64,000 nt of DNA from Candidatus Eiseniibacteriota bacterium (GTDB taxonomy: Bacteria; Eisenbacteria; RBG-16-71-46; SZUA-252), in contig OY969801.1 in assembly GCA_963703225.1 (NCBI GenBank), forward strand, positions 2,528,001 to 2,592,000. The letters are read 5' to 3'. This document shows positions 37,732-49,155 of this stretch, piece by piece (position 1 is the stretch's first letter; each line of letters begins with the position of its first letter). The notes below the pieces were generated by a model, which saw only the letters and a list, made by a program, of their open reading frames with translations, ran no database searches and was not told the origin of the DNA. The translations under genes were made by a program, and so were the position numbers.

Positions 37732-38629
37732 CACGCTCGCCCTCGCCCAGAGCGGTCTCGTCCGTCGGCTCCTACCGGGAGGGGAGCGCGCGCACGAGAT
37801 TCGGGTCATCGAAACCTCGGGAGACCGAAACCCGCAGGCGTCGCTTCGGCGAATCGGCGGGAAGGGGGTCTTCACGAAAGAGATCGAGCAGGAGCTGCTC
37901 GACGGTCGGATCGACGTCGCCGTTCACTCTCTTAAAGACCTCCCCACGGAGGAGACGCCCGGGCTCATGCTGGGGGCGCTCCTCCGCCGCGAGGATCCGC
38001 GCGACGCGCTGGTGACCCGAGGGCGAGTCCCGCTGGCCCAGCTCCCTCCCGGCTCGAAGGTGGGTACGTCGTCGCTCCGGCGTCAATCGCAGCTTCTGGC
38101 CCGCCGCCCCGACCTCGTGGTCCAGGATCTGCGTGGAAACGTGCCGACGCGGATCGCGCGCGTGAGGGAAGGCCCACTCGACGCGATCGTCCTGGCCGCG
38201 GCCGGCCTCCGAAGGCTGGGATTGATCGAGGAGGCGGCCGAGCTCCTCGATGAAGAGATCATGCTTCCGGCGCCGGGGCAGGGCATCCTCGCGCTCCAGA
38301 TCCGGGCCGGCGACGCGAAAACCGCGGAGTCCCTGCGCGCGTTCGACGATCCTGACGCGCGCGCCGAGGCGGACGCGGAGCGATCCCTCCTCTCCGGCCT
38401 GGGCGGAGGCTGCCTCGTGCCCGTGGGAGCGCGAGGGCGCGCCCAGGTTGGGCGAATCGTGCTCACCGGCTTCGTCGGCCACCCCAGCGGACGGCCATCG
38501 CTCCGTATGAGCGTCGAGGGACCGCGGAGCGAGGCCCTGGAGCTGGGCCGGAGACTGGCGGCGAGCCTTCATCAGGGCGGCGCGAAGGAGATTCTGGCGG
38601 AAGTGCGGAGCGACGAGATCTTCCCGTGA
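37709..38629 (+). CDS. hemC: Hydroxymethylbilane synthase (porphobilinogen deaminase)
   Basis: [50 protein letters not shown]. Confidence 0.97.
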   Translation: MRIGTRGSTLALAQSGLVRRLLPGGERAHEIRVIETSGDRNPQASLRRIGGKGVFTKEIEQELLDGRIDVAVHSLKDLPTEETPGLMLGALLRREDPRDALVTRGRVPLAQLPPGSKVGTSSLRRQSQLLARRPDLVVQDLRGNVPTRIARVREGPLDAIVLAAAGLRRLGLIEEAAELLDEEIMLPAPGQGILALQIRAGDAKTAESLRAFDDPDARAEADAERSLLSGLGGGCLVPVGARGRAQVGRIVLTGFVGHPSGRPSLRMSVEGPRSEALELGRRLAASLHQGGAKEILAEVRSDEIFP

Positions 38630-39402
38630 GCCCGCTCTTCGTGATCGCGCGGAAAGATCCGAAGGACGACGAGATCGCGCGCGCGGCGGAGCGGGCCGGC
38701 GTGACCCTCTTGCGCCTGCCGCTCCTCCAGACCGAGCCTGGTTCCGACGGCGACCGGTTTCTTCAATGGCTGGGCAAGCCCCCGGCGGGCGCGGCGATCG
38801 CCTGGACCAGCAAGCGCGCCGCGGAGGTCTTGTCGACGATCGCCTTACCGGGGGCGCGCGAGACACTGACGAAACTTCCTCTCTTCGCGCTGGGATCGGA
38901 CAGCGCCGCACCGATCCGCGACGCGGGGCTCGCCGTGGAAGTTCCCCGCGAAGGAGAGGGGGCGGCGGTCTTGGCGGAGTGGATCCTCCGCCATCGGGCA
39001 GAGCGCGGGATTGTTCGCGTGGCCTTCCTCCACGGCGACAAGGCCCTCCCCGCGCTCCCGGATTCGCTCCGCGAGGCGGGAGTCGAGGTGGAGTCATTCG
39101 AGATCTATCGCACGAGCTATTTGTCACCCCCCGTGACCGCGCTCACGGACGCCCTCCAAGCCGGGTCGGCGGTCGAAATCGCGTTCTTCAGCCCGTCGGC
39201 GGTGGACGCGCTGGAGCGGCTTCTTTCGCCCGAGGGCGTGGCGGCGCTCCGCCGGGATGGGGTGGCGCACTCGCGCGGGGAGACGACCCACAATGCGTTG
39301 ACAGCCCGAGGATATCGGCGGGCGAAAGCCCCGAGCTTGGAGTGCGAGACGATGTCCAGCGCCTGGCTCGGAGGCGTAAACTCATGGAAGAGGAAATCCT
39401 GA
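38626..39402 (+). CDS. hemD: Uroporphyrinogen-III synthase
   Basis: WTSKRA, L...L...G..V....IY.T, FFSPSAV, GETT. Lies between hemC and hemB. Confidence 0.85.
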   Translation: MSPLFVIARKDPKDDEIARAAERAGVTLLRLPLLQTEPGSDGDRFLQWLGKPPAGAAIAWTSKRAAEVLSTIALPGARETLTKLPLFALGSDSAAPIRDAGLAVEVPREGEGAAVLAEWILRHRAERGIVRVAFLHGDKALPALPDSLREAGVEVESFEIYRTSYLSPPVTALTDALQAGSAVEIAFFSPSAVDALERLLSPEGVAALRRDGVAHSRGETTHNALTARGYRRAKAPSLECETMSSAWLGGVNSWKRKS

Positions 39403-40385
39403 TGCCCTACCCCACCACACGGCTGAGACGCCTCCGCGCCACGCCAGCGCTCCGTGCGATCGCGCGGGAGACCCAATTGACCGCCGCCGATCTCGTGGCG
39501 CCGCTCTTCGTCTGTCACGGCCAGAAGGTGCGCCGTTCGATCGCGTCCATGCCGGGACACGCGCAGCTCTCCGTGGACGAGGCGGCGCGGGAAGCCGAGG
39601 CGCTGGCCAAGGCGGGCGTGGGCGGGGTGATCCTGTTCGGGATCCCGGCCGCCAAGGATCCGGAAGGCCGCGAAGCCTATGACGAGAAAGGGATCGTGCC
39701 CCGGGCGCTGGCGGCGATCCGAAGCGCGGCCCCCGATCTTCACCTCTGGGCCGACGTCTGTCTCTGCGAATACACCGACCACGGCCATTGTGGGGTCTTG
39801 AAGGGCGAGAAGGTCGACAACGACCGCACGCTTCCGCTTCTCGCCCGCGCGTCGGTCGTCTACGCCGCCGCGGGCGCCGACTTGATCGCGCCGAGCGACA
39901 TGATGGACGGGCGCGTCGGCGCGATCCGAACCGCTCTCGACGCGGCGCACTACCAGGAGACGCCGATCGTCGCCTACTCGGCGAAGTACGCGAGCGCCTT
40001 CTACGGTCCGTTCCGCGAGGCCGCCGAGTCGGCGCCCCGCTTCGGGGACCGCCGCGGCTATCAGATGGACCCGGCCAATTCGGACGAGGCGCTCCGCGAG
40101 GTCGCGCTCGATCTCGAGGAGGGCGCGGACATGGTGATGGTGAAGCCGGCCCTCCCCTATCTCGACGTGATCTACCGGGTGAAGGAGCGCTTCGGCGTCC
40201 CGGTCGCCGCCTACAATGTCTCGGGCGAATACGCGATGATCAAGGCCGCGGCGCAAAACGGCTGGCTCGACGGCGACCGCGCCGCGATGGAAGCCCTGAC
40301 CTCGATCCGGCGCGCCGGCGCCGACGTGATCCTCACCTACTTCGCCAAGGAGATCGCCCCGCTCCTGGGCAAAGATCGCGGATGA
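39402..40385 (+). CDS. hemB: Porphobilinogen synthase (ALA dehydratase, Zn-type)
   Basis: [58 protein letters not shown]. Confidence 0.97.
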   Translation: MPYPTTRLRRLRATPALRAIARETQLTAADLVAPLFVCHGQKVRRSIASMPGHAQLSVDEAAREAEALAKAGVGGVILFGIPAAKDPEGREAYDEKGIVPRALAAIRSAAPDLHLWADVCLCEYTDHGHCGVLKGEKVDNDRTLPLLARASVVYAAAGADLIAPSDMMDGRVGAIRTALDAAHYQETPIVAYSAKYASAFYGPFREAAESAPRFGDRRGYQMDPANSDEALREVALDLEEGADMVMVKPALPYLDVIYRVKERFGVPVAAYNVSGEYAMIKAAAQNGWLDGDRAAMEALTSIRRAGADVILTYFAKEIAPLLGKDRG

Positions 40386-41692
40386 GCGAGACCAAGACCC
40401 TTCCCAAGACCGTAGAGAGCGACGCGCTCCACCGTCGCGCGCTGGGGCTCTTCCCAGGAGGCGTGAACTCTCCCGTGCGCGCCTTCAAGGCGGTCGGCGG
40501 CACGCCCCGGACGATCGTCTCGGCGAAGGGCGCCGTCATGACCGACGCCGACGGCAACACGCTCCTCGACTACGTGCTGGGGTGGGGGCCGCTCCTCCTG
40601 GGACACGCGCGCGCGGAGGTCGTGGCCGCGGTGGAGCGCCAGGCCCGCCTGGGCACGCTCTACGGAGCGGGGACGCGGCTCGAGATCGAGCTGGCCGAGC
40701 GCGTGCGGCGATTCTACCCGGCGGCGGAGCGGATCCGATTCGTCTCCACCGGAACCGAGGCCACGATGAGCGCGCTCCGTCTGGCGCGCGCCGCGACGAA
40801 TCGGAGCCTCTACGTCAAGCTGGACGGCTGCTACCACGGGCACGCCGATCCGTTCCTGATTCGCGGCGGCTCCGGTCTCGCGACGCTGGGAACGCCCGAC
40901 TCCCCGGGCGTTCCCGCATCCGCGATCGCCGACGCGCGCGTCGCGTCGTTCAACGACCTCGCTTCGGTCCGGGCCCACTTCGAGCGCGACGGAGACCGGA
41001 TCGCCGCGATCATCGTGGAGCCGGTCGTGGGAAATCACGGCGTCGTGGCGCCGGCGGCCGATTTTCTGCCGGGGCTCCGGGACCTCTGCGATCGATACGG
41101 CGCGCTCCTGATCTTCGACGAGGTGATGTCGGGCTTCCGCGCCGCGCGAGGCGGCGCCGCGGAGCGCTACGGCGTGCGGCCCGACCTCGCGACGCTGGGA
41201 AAGGTGATCGGAGGCGGTCTTCCGGTCGCTGCGTTTGTCGGGCGCGCGGACCTCATGAGCCGGATCGCACCGGAGGGCCCCGTCTACCAGGCGGGCACCT
41301 ATTCGGGGAACCCGCTCGCGATGGCGGCCGGAAGCGCGGCGCTTGCCGTCCTCGAAGCCGATCCCACGATCTTCCGACGCGCCGAGGCGCGAACCACGCT
41401 CCTCGCGGCGGGGCTCGGCGAGATCCTCGCGCGCCGGAAGATCCGAGGAACGGTCAACTCCGTCGGCTCCATGTGGACGATCTACTTCGGCGTCTCGAGC
41501 GTCTCCTCGATCGCCGACACGCGGTCGGCCGACCGCGACCGCTACGCCCGCTTCTTCCACGGCATGCTCGAGCGCGGCATCTACCTGCCGCCATCGGCGT
41601 TCGAGAGCGCGTTTCTGTCCGACGCCCACACCGACGAGGACATCGACCGGACGCTGGAAGCCGCCGACGCGGCGATGGAGCGGATCCAATGA
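40382..41692 (+). CDS. hemL: Glutamate-1-semialdehyde 2,1-aminomutase
   Basis: [59 protein letters not shown]. Confidence 0.97.
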   Translation: MSETKTLPKTVESDALHRRALGLFPGGVNSPVRAFKAVGGTPRTIVSAKGAVMTDADGNTLLDYVLGWGPLLLGHARAEVVAAVERQARLGTLYGAGTRLEIELAERVRRFYPAAERIRFVSTGTEATMSALRLARAATNRSLYVKLDGCYHGHADPFLIRGGSGLATLGTPDSPGVPASAIADARVASFNDLASVRAHFERDGDRIAAIIVEPVVGNHGVVAPAADFLPGLRDLCDRYGALLIFDEVMSGFRAARGGAAERYGVRPDLATLGKVIGGGLPVAAFVGRADLMSRIAPEGPVYQAGTYSGNPLAMAAGSAALAVLEADPTIFRRAEARTTLLAAGLGEILARRKIRGTVNSVGSMWTIYFGVSSVSSIADTRSADRDRYARFFHGMLERGIYLPPSAFESAFLSDAHTDEDIDRTLEAADAAMERIQ

Positions 41693-42750
41693 TGCCGGGT
41701 CGGTCGATCGCCGCCGCGTTCCCCTTTCTCCGCGCTTGCCGCGGAGAGCCGGTCGTCGACACGCCCATCTGGATCATGCGCCAGGCGGGTCGCTACCTCC
41801 CCGAATACCGGGCCGTCCGCGAGAAGCACTCCTTTCTCGACGTCTGTCGGATTCCCGAGGTCTGCGCCGAGGTGACGTCGCAGCCGATCGACCGATTCGG
41901 ATTCGACGCGGCGATTCTCTTCCAGGACATCCTCATTCCGCTGATGGGCATGGGGGTTCCGATCGACTTCGATCCGGGACCCAGCCTCGGTTTCCAGATC
42001 CAGGGAAAAGAGGACGTGGGACGGCTGAAGTGGGAGGGGGCGGCCGCGGCCGTCCCCCATATCCAACCGGTCATTCGCGCCGCCCGGGCGCGCCTCCAGG
42101 GGCGCGTCCCGCTGATCGGGTTTGCCGGGGCGCCGTTCACCCTGGCCGCCTATCTCATCGACAGCGGCGGCTCGCGCGATCTCGCGCGGACGCGCGGATT
42201 CCTCGCGCGCGACCCGGAGGGGTTCGCGGGTCTGATGGAGATCCTCGCCACGATGACGATCGATTACCTCCGCGCCCAGATCGGCGCGGGCGTCGACGCG
42301 GTGATGCTCTTTGACACGCAGGCCGGCTGGCTCCCGCCGGCCGAGTTCGCCCGAACGGCCGTCGCCGCGGCCGACCGCGTCATCCGAGGGCTTCCCAAAG
42401 ATTCAACCACGATCTACTTCGCGCTCGCCCCTTCGGTGGGGCACCTGGAAGCGCTCCGTCCGCTCGGCGCCGACGTGCTCGGGCTCGACTACCGGGTCTC
42501 CTTGGCGCAGGCGCGGGCGATCCTCGGAAACGCCCGCGCGGTCCAGGGGAATCTCGATCCGGCCGCGCTCGTCGGATCGGGCGCAGGCGTCGTGACCCAA
42601 GCCGAGGCGATCCTCCGCGAGAACGGCGGTCGGCGGGGCTTCATCTTCAACCTGGGGCACGGCATCCTTCCCGACACGCCGGTCGAGAACGTCCAGCTCC
42701 TGGTCGACACCGTGCGGCGGTACCGGGCGCCCTCGGGAGGTGCTTTGTGA
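41689..42750 (+). CDS. hemE: Uroporphyrinogen decarboxylase
   Basis: PIWIMRQAGRYLPEY, DAAILF.DIL, LIGFAGAPFTLA.Y, QGNLDP, FNLGHGI.P. Confidence 0.96.
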   Translation: MMPGRSIAAAFPFLRACRGEPVVDTPIWIMRQAGRYLPEYRAVREKHSFLDVCRIPEVCAEVTSQPIDRFGFDAAILFQDILIPLMGMGVPIDFDPGPSLGFQIQGKEDVGRLKWEGAAAAVPHIQPVIRAARARLQGRVPLIGFAGAPFTLAAYLIDSGGSRDLARTRGFLARDPEGFAGLMEILATMTIDYLRAQIGAGVDAVMLFDTQAGWLPPAEFARTAVAAADRVIRGLPKDSTTIYFALAPSVGHLEALRPLGADVLGLDYRVSLAQARAILGNARAVQGNLDPAALVGSGAGVVTQAEAILRENGGRRGFIFNLGHGILPDTPVENVQLLVDTVRRYRAPSGGAL

Positions 42751-44140
42751 GCCGCTCTCCAGCCCAGGTCACCGCGGCGCTCCTCGAGAAGTTCGACCGG
42801 CCCGGCCCACGCTATACGTCCTATCCGACCGCGATCGAGTTCAGCGAGGCGTTCACCGCCGATCGCTACCTGGCCAAGCTGGACCAGGCGGCGCGGGCGG
42901 AGAAGGAGGCGCTTTCGATCTACATCCACCTCCCCTTCTGCGAGGCTCGGTGCACCTTCTGCGGGTGCAACGTCATCATCACCCAGAAGCCGGGAGTGGC
43001 CGACGCCTACCTCGACGACCTGTTGCGCGAGATCGATCTGGTGGCCGGAAGGCTCGGCAAGCGGACGCGGGTGGCGCAGTATCACTGGGGGGGCGGCACG
43101 CCGACCTACCTGAGCCTGGACCAGATGCGGCGGGTTTGGGGCGCGACGGCGGAGCGATTCACGTTCGAGCCGGACGCGGAGATCGCGATCGAGGTGGACC
43201 CGCGGGTCACGTCGCGGGCCCAGGTCGATCTCCTGCGCGAGCTGGGGTTCAACCGAATCTCGATGGGCGTCCAGGATTTCGACCCCGCGGTCCAGGAGGC
43301 GGTGAACCGCCGGCAGACGCTCGAGCAGACGCAGGGATCTCCACCTCTACCTGCGCGAGCTGGGCTTCCCGTCGATCAATTTCGATTTCATCTACGGCCT
43401 CCCGCTCCAGACGCCGGAGAGCTTTCGGAGGACGATCGAGGCGGCGCTCGAGCTTCGTCCGGACCGGGTCGCTTGCTACTCCTACGCCTTCGTGCCGTGG
43501 ATCAAGGCGCACCAGAAGGCGATCCAGCCGGAGGACCTGCCGCCCCGCGCGGTCAAGCTCGAGCTCTTCGGAATCGCGCACGAGCTCTTCACCGCGGGCG
43601 GCTACCAGCAGATCGGGATGGACCACTTCGCTCTCGCCGACGATTCGCTCGCGGTGGCCGCGCGGGAGCGAACCCTCTTCCGCAATTTCATGGGCTACAC
43701 GACCCACCCCGCGAACGACACGATCGGCTTCGGGGTCTCGGCGATCGGCGACCTGACGGGCGCGTTCGCGCAGAACACGAAGAAGCTGAACCGCTACAAG
43801 GACGCGCTCGATCGGGGGCTCCCGCCGATCGAGCGGGGCTTCGAGCGAAGCCGCGGACGATGAGGTCCGGCGCGACGTGATCCAGAGCCTGATGTGCAAT
43901 TTCCATCTCGACATCCCCGCGATCGAGCGGGCCCACGGCATCGACGTTCGCGTCCTATTTCGCGGATTCACTCCGGGCGCTCGACGAGGGACCGGGCGCC
44001 CACGGCTTCGTGACACGCACGCCCGGCTCGATCGAGGTCACCGAAGCGGCCGCCTCTTCGTGCGGAACATCTGCATGGAATTCGACGCGTACCTCAAGGG
44101 CCGGGAGGGCGAGAAGCCCATTTTCTCGCGCACCGTCTGA
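42747..44140 (+). CDS. hemN: Oxygen-independent coproporphyrinogen III oxidase (radical SAM); four apparent indels (~43333, ~43855, ~43945, ~44047)
   Basis: GPRYTSYPTA, YIHLPFC...C.FCGC, HWGGGTPT. Other frames continue with DFIYGLP, IGMDHFA, RNFMGY, GRLFVRNICM.FD.Y and FSRTV. Confidence 0.9.
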
Positions 44141-45096
44141 AGACCGGGATCCTCCTCCTCAATCTGGGCGGCCCCGACCGGCTCGAAGACGTCCGCCCGT
44201 TTCTGACCCGCCTCTTCAGCGATCGGGAGATCATCCGGCTCCCCGGCGGACCGATCGGACAGGCCGTGATCGGCCGCATGATCGCGCGCGCGCGCACCCG
44301 CGAGGTCCAGGAAAACTACCGGAAGATCGGCGGCGGCTCCCCCATCGTCCGCTGGACCACGCTCCAGGGAGCGGGCCTCGTCGATCGGCTCCGCGCGCGC
44401 GGCCACGACGTCGAGTTCGCGCTCGCGATGCGCTACTGGAATCCCACGACCGACGACGCGCTCGACGCGCTGGAAGCGAAGAAAGTCGATCGGCTCCTCG
44501 CGCTCACCCTCTACCCGCACTACTCGATCGCGACGACCGGGTCGAGCCTGGCCGAGCTCTCGCGGCGGATGAAGCGCCGCGGCACGCGGCTCCCCCTCGA
44601 CGTCATCGACCGGTGGTACGACCATCCCGGCTACATCCACGCGCTGGTCCTCCCGCGCGGGCCGCCCTCGAGGGGTTTCCCGCCGGGCATCACCCCGACG
44701 ATTCTCGTGAGCGCCCACGGGCTCCCGCAGCACTTCATCGACGCGGGCGATCCCTACTGCGATCACATCGAGGTGACCATGCGGGCGGTATTGGCGCAGC
44801 TCCCGCCGCTTCCCCACGCGCTCGCGTATCAGAGCCGCGTCGGGCCCGTGCCCTGGATCGGGCCGAGCACCGGGGAGATGATCGATCGTCTCGCGGACTC
44901 CGGCGTGAAGAGCGTCCTCGTGATTCCGATCAGCTTCGTCTCCGACCACGTCGAGACGCTCTACGAAGTGGACATGCTCTACGGCGACCAGGCCCGCGCC
45001 GCGGCATCCCCGACTTCCGCCGCATCGAGTCGCTCAACGACTCGCCCGCTCTTCCTCGACGCGCTGGCCGATCTGGTCGAGCCGCGGCTCCGCTGA
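44137..45096 (+). CDS. hemH: Ferrochelatase; apparent CTG start overlapping the hemN stop, with local compensating indels
   Basis: KTGILLLNLGGP, FL..LFSD, Y..IGGGSP, AMRYW.P, LYPHYS..TTGS, SAHGLP, GDPY, YQSRVGP..W..P, F.SDH.ETLYE.D. Confidence 0.92.
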   Translation: MKTGILLLNLGGPDRLEDVRPFLTRLFSDREIIRLPGGPIGQAVIGRMIARARTREVQENYRKIGGGSPIVRWTTLQGAGLVDRLRARGHDVEFALAMRYWNPTTDDALDALEAKKVDRLLALTLYPHYSIATTGSSLAELSRRMKRRGTRLPLDVIDRWYDHPGYIHALVLPRGPPSRGFPPGITPTILVSAHGLPQHFIDAGDPYCDHIEVTMRAVLAQLPPLPHALAYQSRVGPVPWIGPSTGEMIDRLADSGVKSVLVIPISFVSDHVETLYEVDMLYGDQARAAASPTSAASSRSTTRPLFLDALADLVEPRLR

Positions 45097-46449
45097 TGCG
45101 GGTTTTGATCCTCGGCGCCGGGATCGCGGGCCTCTCGGTCGCACACCTTCTCAAGCGGGAGTCGGCCCGGCGTGCCACGGCGCTGGAGCTCGGATCTCTA
45201 CGAAGCGGGGGCGCGCGCCGGCGGACGGATCCGGACCGTGGAGGACTCGGGATACCTCGTGGAGTGGGCGGCCAACGCCGTCCTGGGGTCGGACGGTGCC
45301 GCATCGCGGCTTGCCGACGACCTTGGCCTCGCCGCGGAGCGCGTCGTGGCCGCCCCGGACGCCGCGCGGCGCTACGTCATGACGGGAGGGAGGCTCCACC
45401 TCTTGCCCGCTTCTCCTTCGACGTTCTTTTCCTCCCAGGCGCTCTCGCTCGGGGCCAAGCTCCGGATCTTGGCCGAGCCGCTCGTGGCGAGGCGCGGCAA
45501 GGGAGACGAAAGCGTCCTCCACTTCGCGGCGCGCCACATCGGACGGGAAGCAGCCCAAAAGCTCGTGGGCGCGGCGGTGCGAGGGATTTTCGCGGGGGAC
45601 GCGTCCAAGCTGTCGGTGGACGCGGCATTCCCCGCCATGCGCGAGATGGAGCGAAAGCACCGGTCCCTCATCTTGGCGATGGTGGGGAGTGGAAAAGCGC
45701 CGGGCGGCCAAGCGCTCTGGAGTCTTCGGGGCGGAATGGGCCGGCTGGTCCGGGCGCTCACCGATTCCGCCGGCCGATCGCTCCGCTTGAACGCCCCGGC
45801 CCTCTCCATCGAGCGCGCGGGCGAGGGATCGCGACCGACTTGGCGCGTCCGCCTGGCGAGCGGCCATCTGGCCGAGGCCGAGTCGGTGGTGATCGCCGCG
45901 CCCCCGAAGGCGGCCGCGGCGCTCCTCCGCGGTCTCGATCCCGAGATCGCGCGGCGCATCGGCGGCATTCACGCGGTGGGCGTGGCGGTCGTCACGCTGG
46001 CGTTTCGGCCCCAGGCGTTTCGGACCGCGCCGGACGGCTACGGATTCCTGGTCGCTCCCGGCGAACCGATGGAGATCCTGGGCGCCCTCTACGAATCGAA
46101 TCTGTTCCCCGGAAGGGCCCCCGAGGGGCGGCTCCTCATGCGCGTCATGATCGGAGGCTTGGAGCGGCCCGATCTCCTCACGCGGAGCGATGCCGATCTG
46201 GTGGGGCTCGCGATGAAGAGCCTCGACCGAACGTTGGGCCTCGTGAGCGGCCCGGAGCGAACCTGGGTGATTCGACAGGAGGAGGCGATTCCTCAGTACG
46301 AAGTCGGGCATCGCGCCTTGATCAGCGCGATCGCGAGCGGTCTCGACGCGCTGCCCGGCCTCCATCTCGCGGGAAACGGGTACCGCGGCGTCTCCGTGGG
46401 CGCGCTCGTGGAGGATGCCGAGCGCGTGGCGGCCCGGGTGCTCGCCTAG
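45096..46449 (+). CDS. hemY: FAD-dependent protoporphyrinogen/coproporphyrinogen oxidase (HemY type); frameshift near 45195
   Basis: MRVLILGAGIAGL in one frame, then E...RAGGRI.T, GIFAGD...LS, GGM..L, G.GFLV, AIPQY..GH, L.GN.Y.GV in the next. Confidence 0.9.
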
Positions 46450-46451
46450 CG

Positions 46452-47258
46452 TTACGCGGCGAGGACGACCAGCGCCTTCATCCGGGCGCGGAGCGGGTCG
46501 CCCTTCAGCCGTTCCCGGAGCGCTTCGGCGACCGCCGCCACGACGGTATCCACCTCGACCCCGCCCCGCTCCTGAATGGCGGTGAGAACCGGCGTACCCC
46601 GCACCAACCCGATGGCCGCGTCCATGGTCGACCGGATCTCGACCTCGAACGACACGGGCTCGATGAAGACGTCGGTGAACCCGGCCTCCCGAAGGAGCAA
46701 CCGAATCTGCTCCTGATCGTAAAATCCAAACGGCACCGTGTAAAACTGCGGCGGATCCTGCGCGAAGAATCCGGCGATCGTCTCATGCGCGATCTGCCCG
46801 AGAGGGTTTTCCTCGAGGCGATCCCAGACGTTGAAGGCAAAGGTGCCGCCCGGCCGGAGCACCCGCCGCGCCTCGCGCATCGCGGCGGCCTTTTCGGGCA
46901 CGAACATGACGCCGAACTGGCAGACGACGGCATCGAAGGAGTTTTCGGGAAACGGGAGCGCGGCCGCGTCGGCCTGCCGCCATTCGACTCCGGAGACTCC
47001 ACCAGGCTTGCTCCGGGCATACGCGACCATCGGCTCGCTCAGATCGGTCGCGACGAGGCGCACCGTGGCCGGGAGCTTCTCGCGGAGCGCCCGGGTCGCG
47101 ATCCCGCTCCCGCAGGCGATCTCCAGCACGTCCTTGAGACCCTTTGGCGTAAGCCGGCCGGCCAGATCGCTGGCGTACCGCTCAAACTTGATGGGCCCCA
47201 GATATCGATCGTAGATTTCGGGGATCGAGCCCGCGAAGGTCGCGTTGGCGTCCTGCAT
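46452..47258 (-). CDS. Class I SAM-dependent methyltransferase (UbiE-like)
   Basis: [33 protein letters not shown]...[22 protein letters not shown] before ATG 47258. Confidence 0.9.
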   Translation of the reverse strand: MQDANATFAGSIPEIYDRYLGPIKFERYASDLAGRLTPKGLKDVLEIACGSGIATRALREKLPATVRLVATDLSEPMVAYARSKPGGVSGVEWRQADAAALPFPENSFDAVVCQFGVMFVPEKAAAMREARRVLRPGGTFAFNVWDRLEENPLGQIAHETIAGFFAQDPPQFYTVPFGFYDQEQIRLLLREAGFTDVFIEPVSFEVEIRSTMDAAIGLVRGTPVLTAIQERGGVEVDTVVAAVAEALRERLKGDPLRARMKALVVLAA

Positions 47259-47269
47259 CGAACTCCTCC

Positions 47270-47633
47270 TTAGCTCCCCTCGTACTCGCACCTCGCCTCG
47301 CACGTTTCGTGAACCACGAGACGGACGAGAGAGGGGAGACGGGGCTTGAGGCGCTTCCAGATCCAGGCGGATAGATTCTCCGAGGTTGGGTTCTCCAGCC
47401 CTGCGATCTCGTTCAGATAATAGTGGTCCAGCTCCAGGCGGAGCGGCTCGACAAGCTCTCTCGATCTCGCCGTAGTCGAGAAGCCAACCGGTGGACGGAT
47501 CCACCTCCCCCTGGACGACGACCTCGACGCGGAACGAGTGGCCGTGGAGCCGGCGACACTTGTGCCCCTCCGGAGCGCGGGGGAGGAGGTGCGCCGCCTC
47601 GAACGTGAAGTCGCGCGTCAGACGGACTCGCAT
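47270..47633 (-). CDS. queD: 6-carboxy-5,6,7,8-tetrahydropterin synthase; +1 indel near 47455
   Basis: F.FEAAH.LP....[15 protein letters not shown]. After the shift the other frame gives [19 protein letters not shown]...[14 protein letters not shown]. Confidence 0.88.
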
Positions 47634-47663
47634 CGATCCCGCCCCGGCGTCGTCATCTCGGGT

Positions 47664-48350
47664 CTAGTGCAGCCCCACGATCTTGTGGGTCTGCGGGATG
47701 AGGCGGGCCTCCGGGTACCGGTCCCAGGGCCACCACTCGAAGAGCGCCTTGCCATCGCCTCGCGCGTGCTCCGGCTGAAGCACGACGGCGCCGCGGTATC
47801 CGAGCGAGTCCAGGATCCCGACGGCGTCCTCGACGTCGTCCCGACCCTGGATCACGAACTTGAATTGCCGGCGCTCGGCAGGCACATCGAGAAAACGCCG
47901 AAGCGAGGGGGCTTGCGCGGCGATCACGTCCCCCTCGAACGTCTCGGCGCTCCGGCCTTTGGGCGCGACGGTCCAGAAGTCGATCCATTCGAAAAGCTCC
48001 TCCACCACGCGCGCGCCGCTCGTCTCGATCGAAATCCAGCAGCCCGCCTCCCGAAGCTCGCGCAAGAGCCAGACGAGCGAGGCGCGCGGCGCGATCACCG
48101 GCTCCCCTCCCGTCAGGCAGACCCGTTTCGCCGGCCGGTGGCGGAGGACCTCGTCTCGCACCGCCTGGGGGGTCATCTCTTGAAATCGGCCGACCCCCGT
48201 GTGGGTGAGCGCCTCGGGTTGGTCGCACCAGACGCACCGGAGCGGACAGCCGTAAAACCGGACGAAGACGGTCCGCTCCCCCACGTGGAGCCCCTCGCCC
48301 TGCACCGACAGGAAGATCTCGTTCACCCGAAATGGTGTCATCGCTTCCAT
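47664..48350 (-). CDS. queE: 7-carboxy-7-deazaguanine synthase (radical SAM)
   Basis: EIFLSVQGEG, FVRFYGCPLRCVWCD, LTGGEP, IETSG, PQTHK. Adjacent to queD. Confidence 0.9.
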   Translation of the reverse strand: MEAMTPFRVNEIFLSVQGEGLHVGERTVFVRFYGCPLRCVWCDQPEALTHTGVGRFQEMTPQAVRDEVLRHRPAKRVCLTGGEPVIAPRASLVWLLRELREAGCWISIETSGARVVEELFEWIDFWTVAPKGRSAETFEGDVIAAQAPSLRRFLDVPAERRQFKFVIQGRDDVEDAVGILDSLGYRGAVVLQPEHARGDGKALFEWWPWDRYPEARLIPQTHKIVGLH

Positions 48351-48367
48351 GACACGATGATAGCCCG

Positions 48368-48396
48368 TTGACCTCCCCGGAGGGCATGCGTATGAT
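48368..48396 (+). promoter_or_regulatory. Sigma70 promoter of the hydroxylase-mlaEFD operon
   Basis: TTGACC (48368-48373), 17 nt, TATGAT (48391-48396). Confidence 0.6.
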
Positions 48397-48465
48397 TTCC
48401 GGCCGGACCCGGCCGTCTGAGGAGCTCCGGCGCCGGGAACCCACATGGATGGAGGTTTTCCAGGA

Positions 48466-49128
48466 ATGGCGAAGGCGAATTACGGCAATCTTCCGATCAA
48501 CCACAGCGACGAGCCGATCCGGCTCTTCAAGTCGGACGCTCTCGAGTTCTTCACGCACATCCACCCAGGCTGTCGTGCTCGCTCCTCTACGTCCCGGTGG
48601 TCGTCGTTTGCCTTTGGAGCGGAATCGCGGGGCGGATCCCCGGCGCGTCGTGGACGCCGGTGTGGGGCGGCTTCCTGGCCGGGCTCCTTCGTCTGGACGC
48701 TGTCCGAGTACCTCCTCCACCGCTTCCTGTTCCACTTCGAGCCGACGTCTCCGCGGCTCAAATGGGTTTGGTACCTGATCCACGGCGTCCACCACGAGCA
48801 GCCGCAGTGCAAGACCCGCCTGGTGATGCCGCCGGTCCTGAGCATTCCGATGGCGCTCGCGTTCTATCTCTTCTTCCACGTCGTGGTCGGGTCCCTGATC
48901 GGCGCTCCTCGCTGGACCGCGCCCCTCTTCGCCGGCTTCGTCACCGGATACATCGCCTACGACATGACCCATTACGCGACTCACCATCTGCCCATGAGCC
49001 GGGGATTTCTCAAATTTCTCAAGCGCTACCACCTGCTCCACCACTACAAGACCCCCGACGACCGGTTCGGAATCAGCTCGCCACTCTGGGATCTCGTCTT
49101 CGGCACCAGACCGCCGAAGGGACAATGA
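48466..49128 (+). CDS. Fatty acid hydroxylase / sterol desaturase family (FA2H/Scs7-like); compensating indels ~48568-48690
   Basis: R.F.S..LE.FT..HP, WTL.EY.LHRFLFH, IHGVHH..P....RLVMPP, YD..HY..HH, HLLHH, FGISSPLWD.VFGT. Confidence 0.88.
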   Translation: MAKANYGNLPINHSDEPIRLFKSDALEFFTHIHPGCRARSSTSRWSSFAFGAESRGGSPARRGRRCGAASWPGSFVWTLSEYLLHRFLFHFEPTSPRLKWVWYLIHGVHHEQPQCKTRLVMPPVLSIPMALAFYLFFHVVVGSLIGAPRWTAPLFAGFVTGYIAYDMTHYATHHLPMSRGFLKFLKRYHLLHHYKTPDDRFGISSPLWDLVFGTRPPKGQ

Positions 49129-49155
49129 ACGGTCCGCGGCCCCGCTAGCCGCTCC

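Noticed and set aside
42747..46449. Programmed frameshifting or true pseudogenes in hemN, hemH and hemY
   Set aside because: I saw no slippery heptamers at the breaks. There are multiple scattered indels including compensating pairs, and all catalytic motifs are intact, so sequencing error is more likely.
46452..47633. Apparent 393-aa QueD-methyltransferase fusion in the ORF track
   Set aside because: Artefact of a +1 indel near 47455. The QueD C-terminus (LDHYYLNE...NPTSEN) and its stop at 47270 lie in another frame, and the methyltransferase has its own RBS and ATG at 47258.
47270..48350. queD-queE as part of a 7-deazaguanine DNA-modification (dpd) or phage system
   Set aside because: No dpdA/tgt-like, queC or restriction genes are adjacent. 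Ordinary queuosine precursor synthesis is the simpler explanation.
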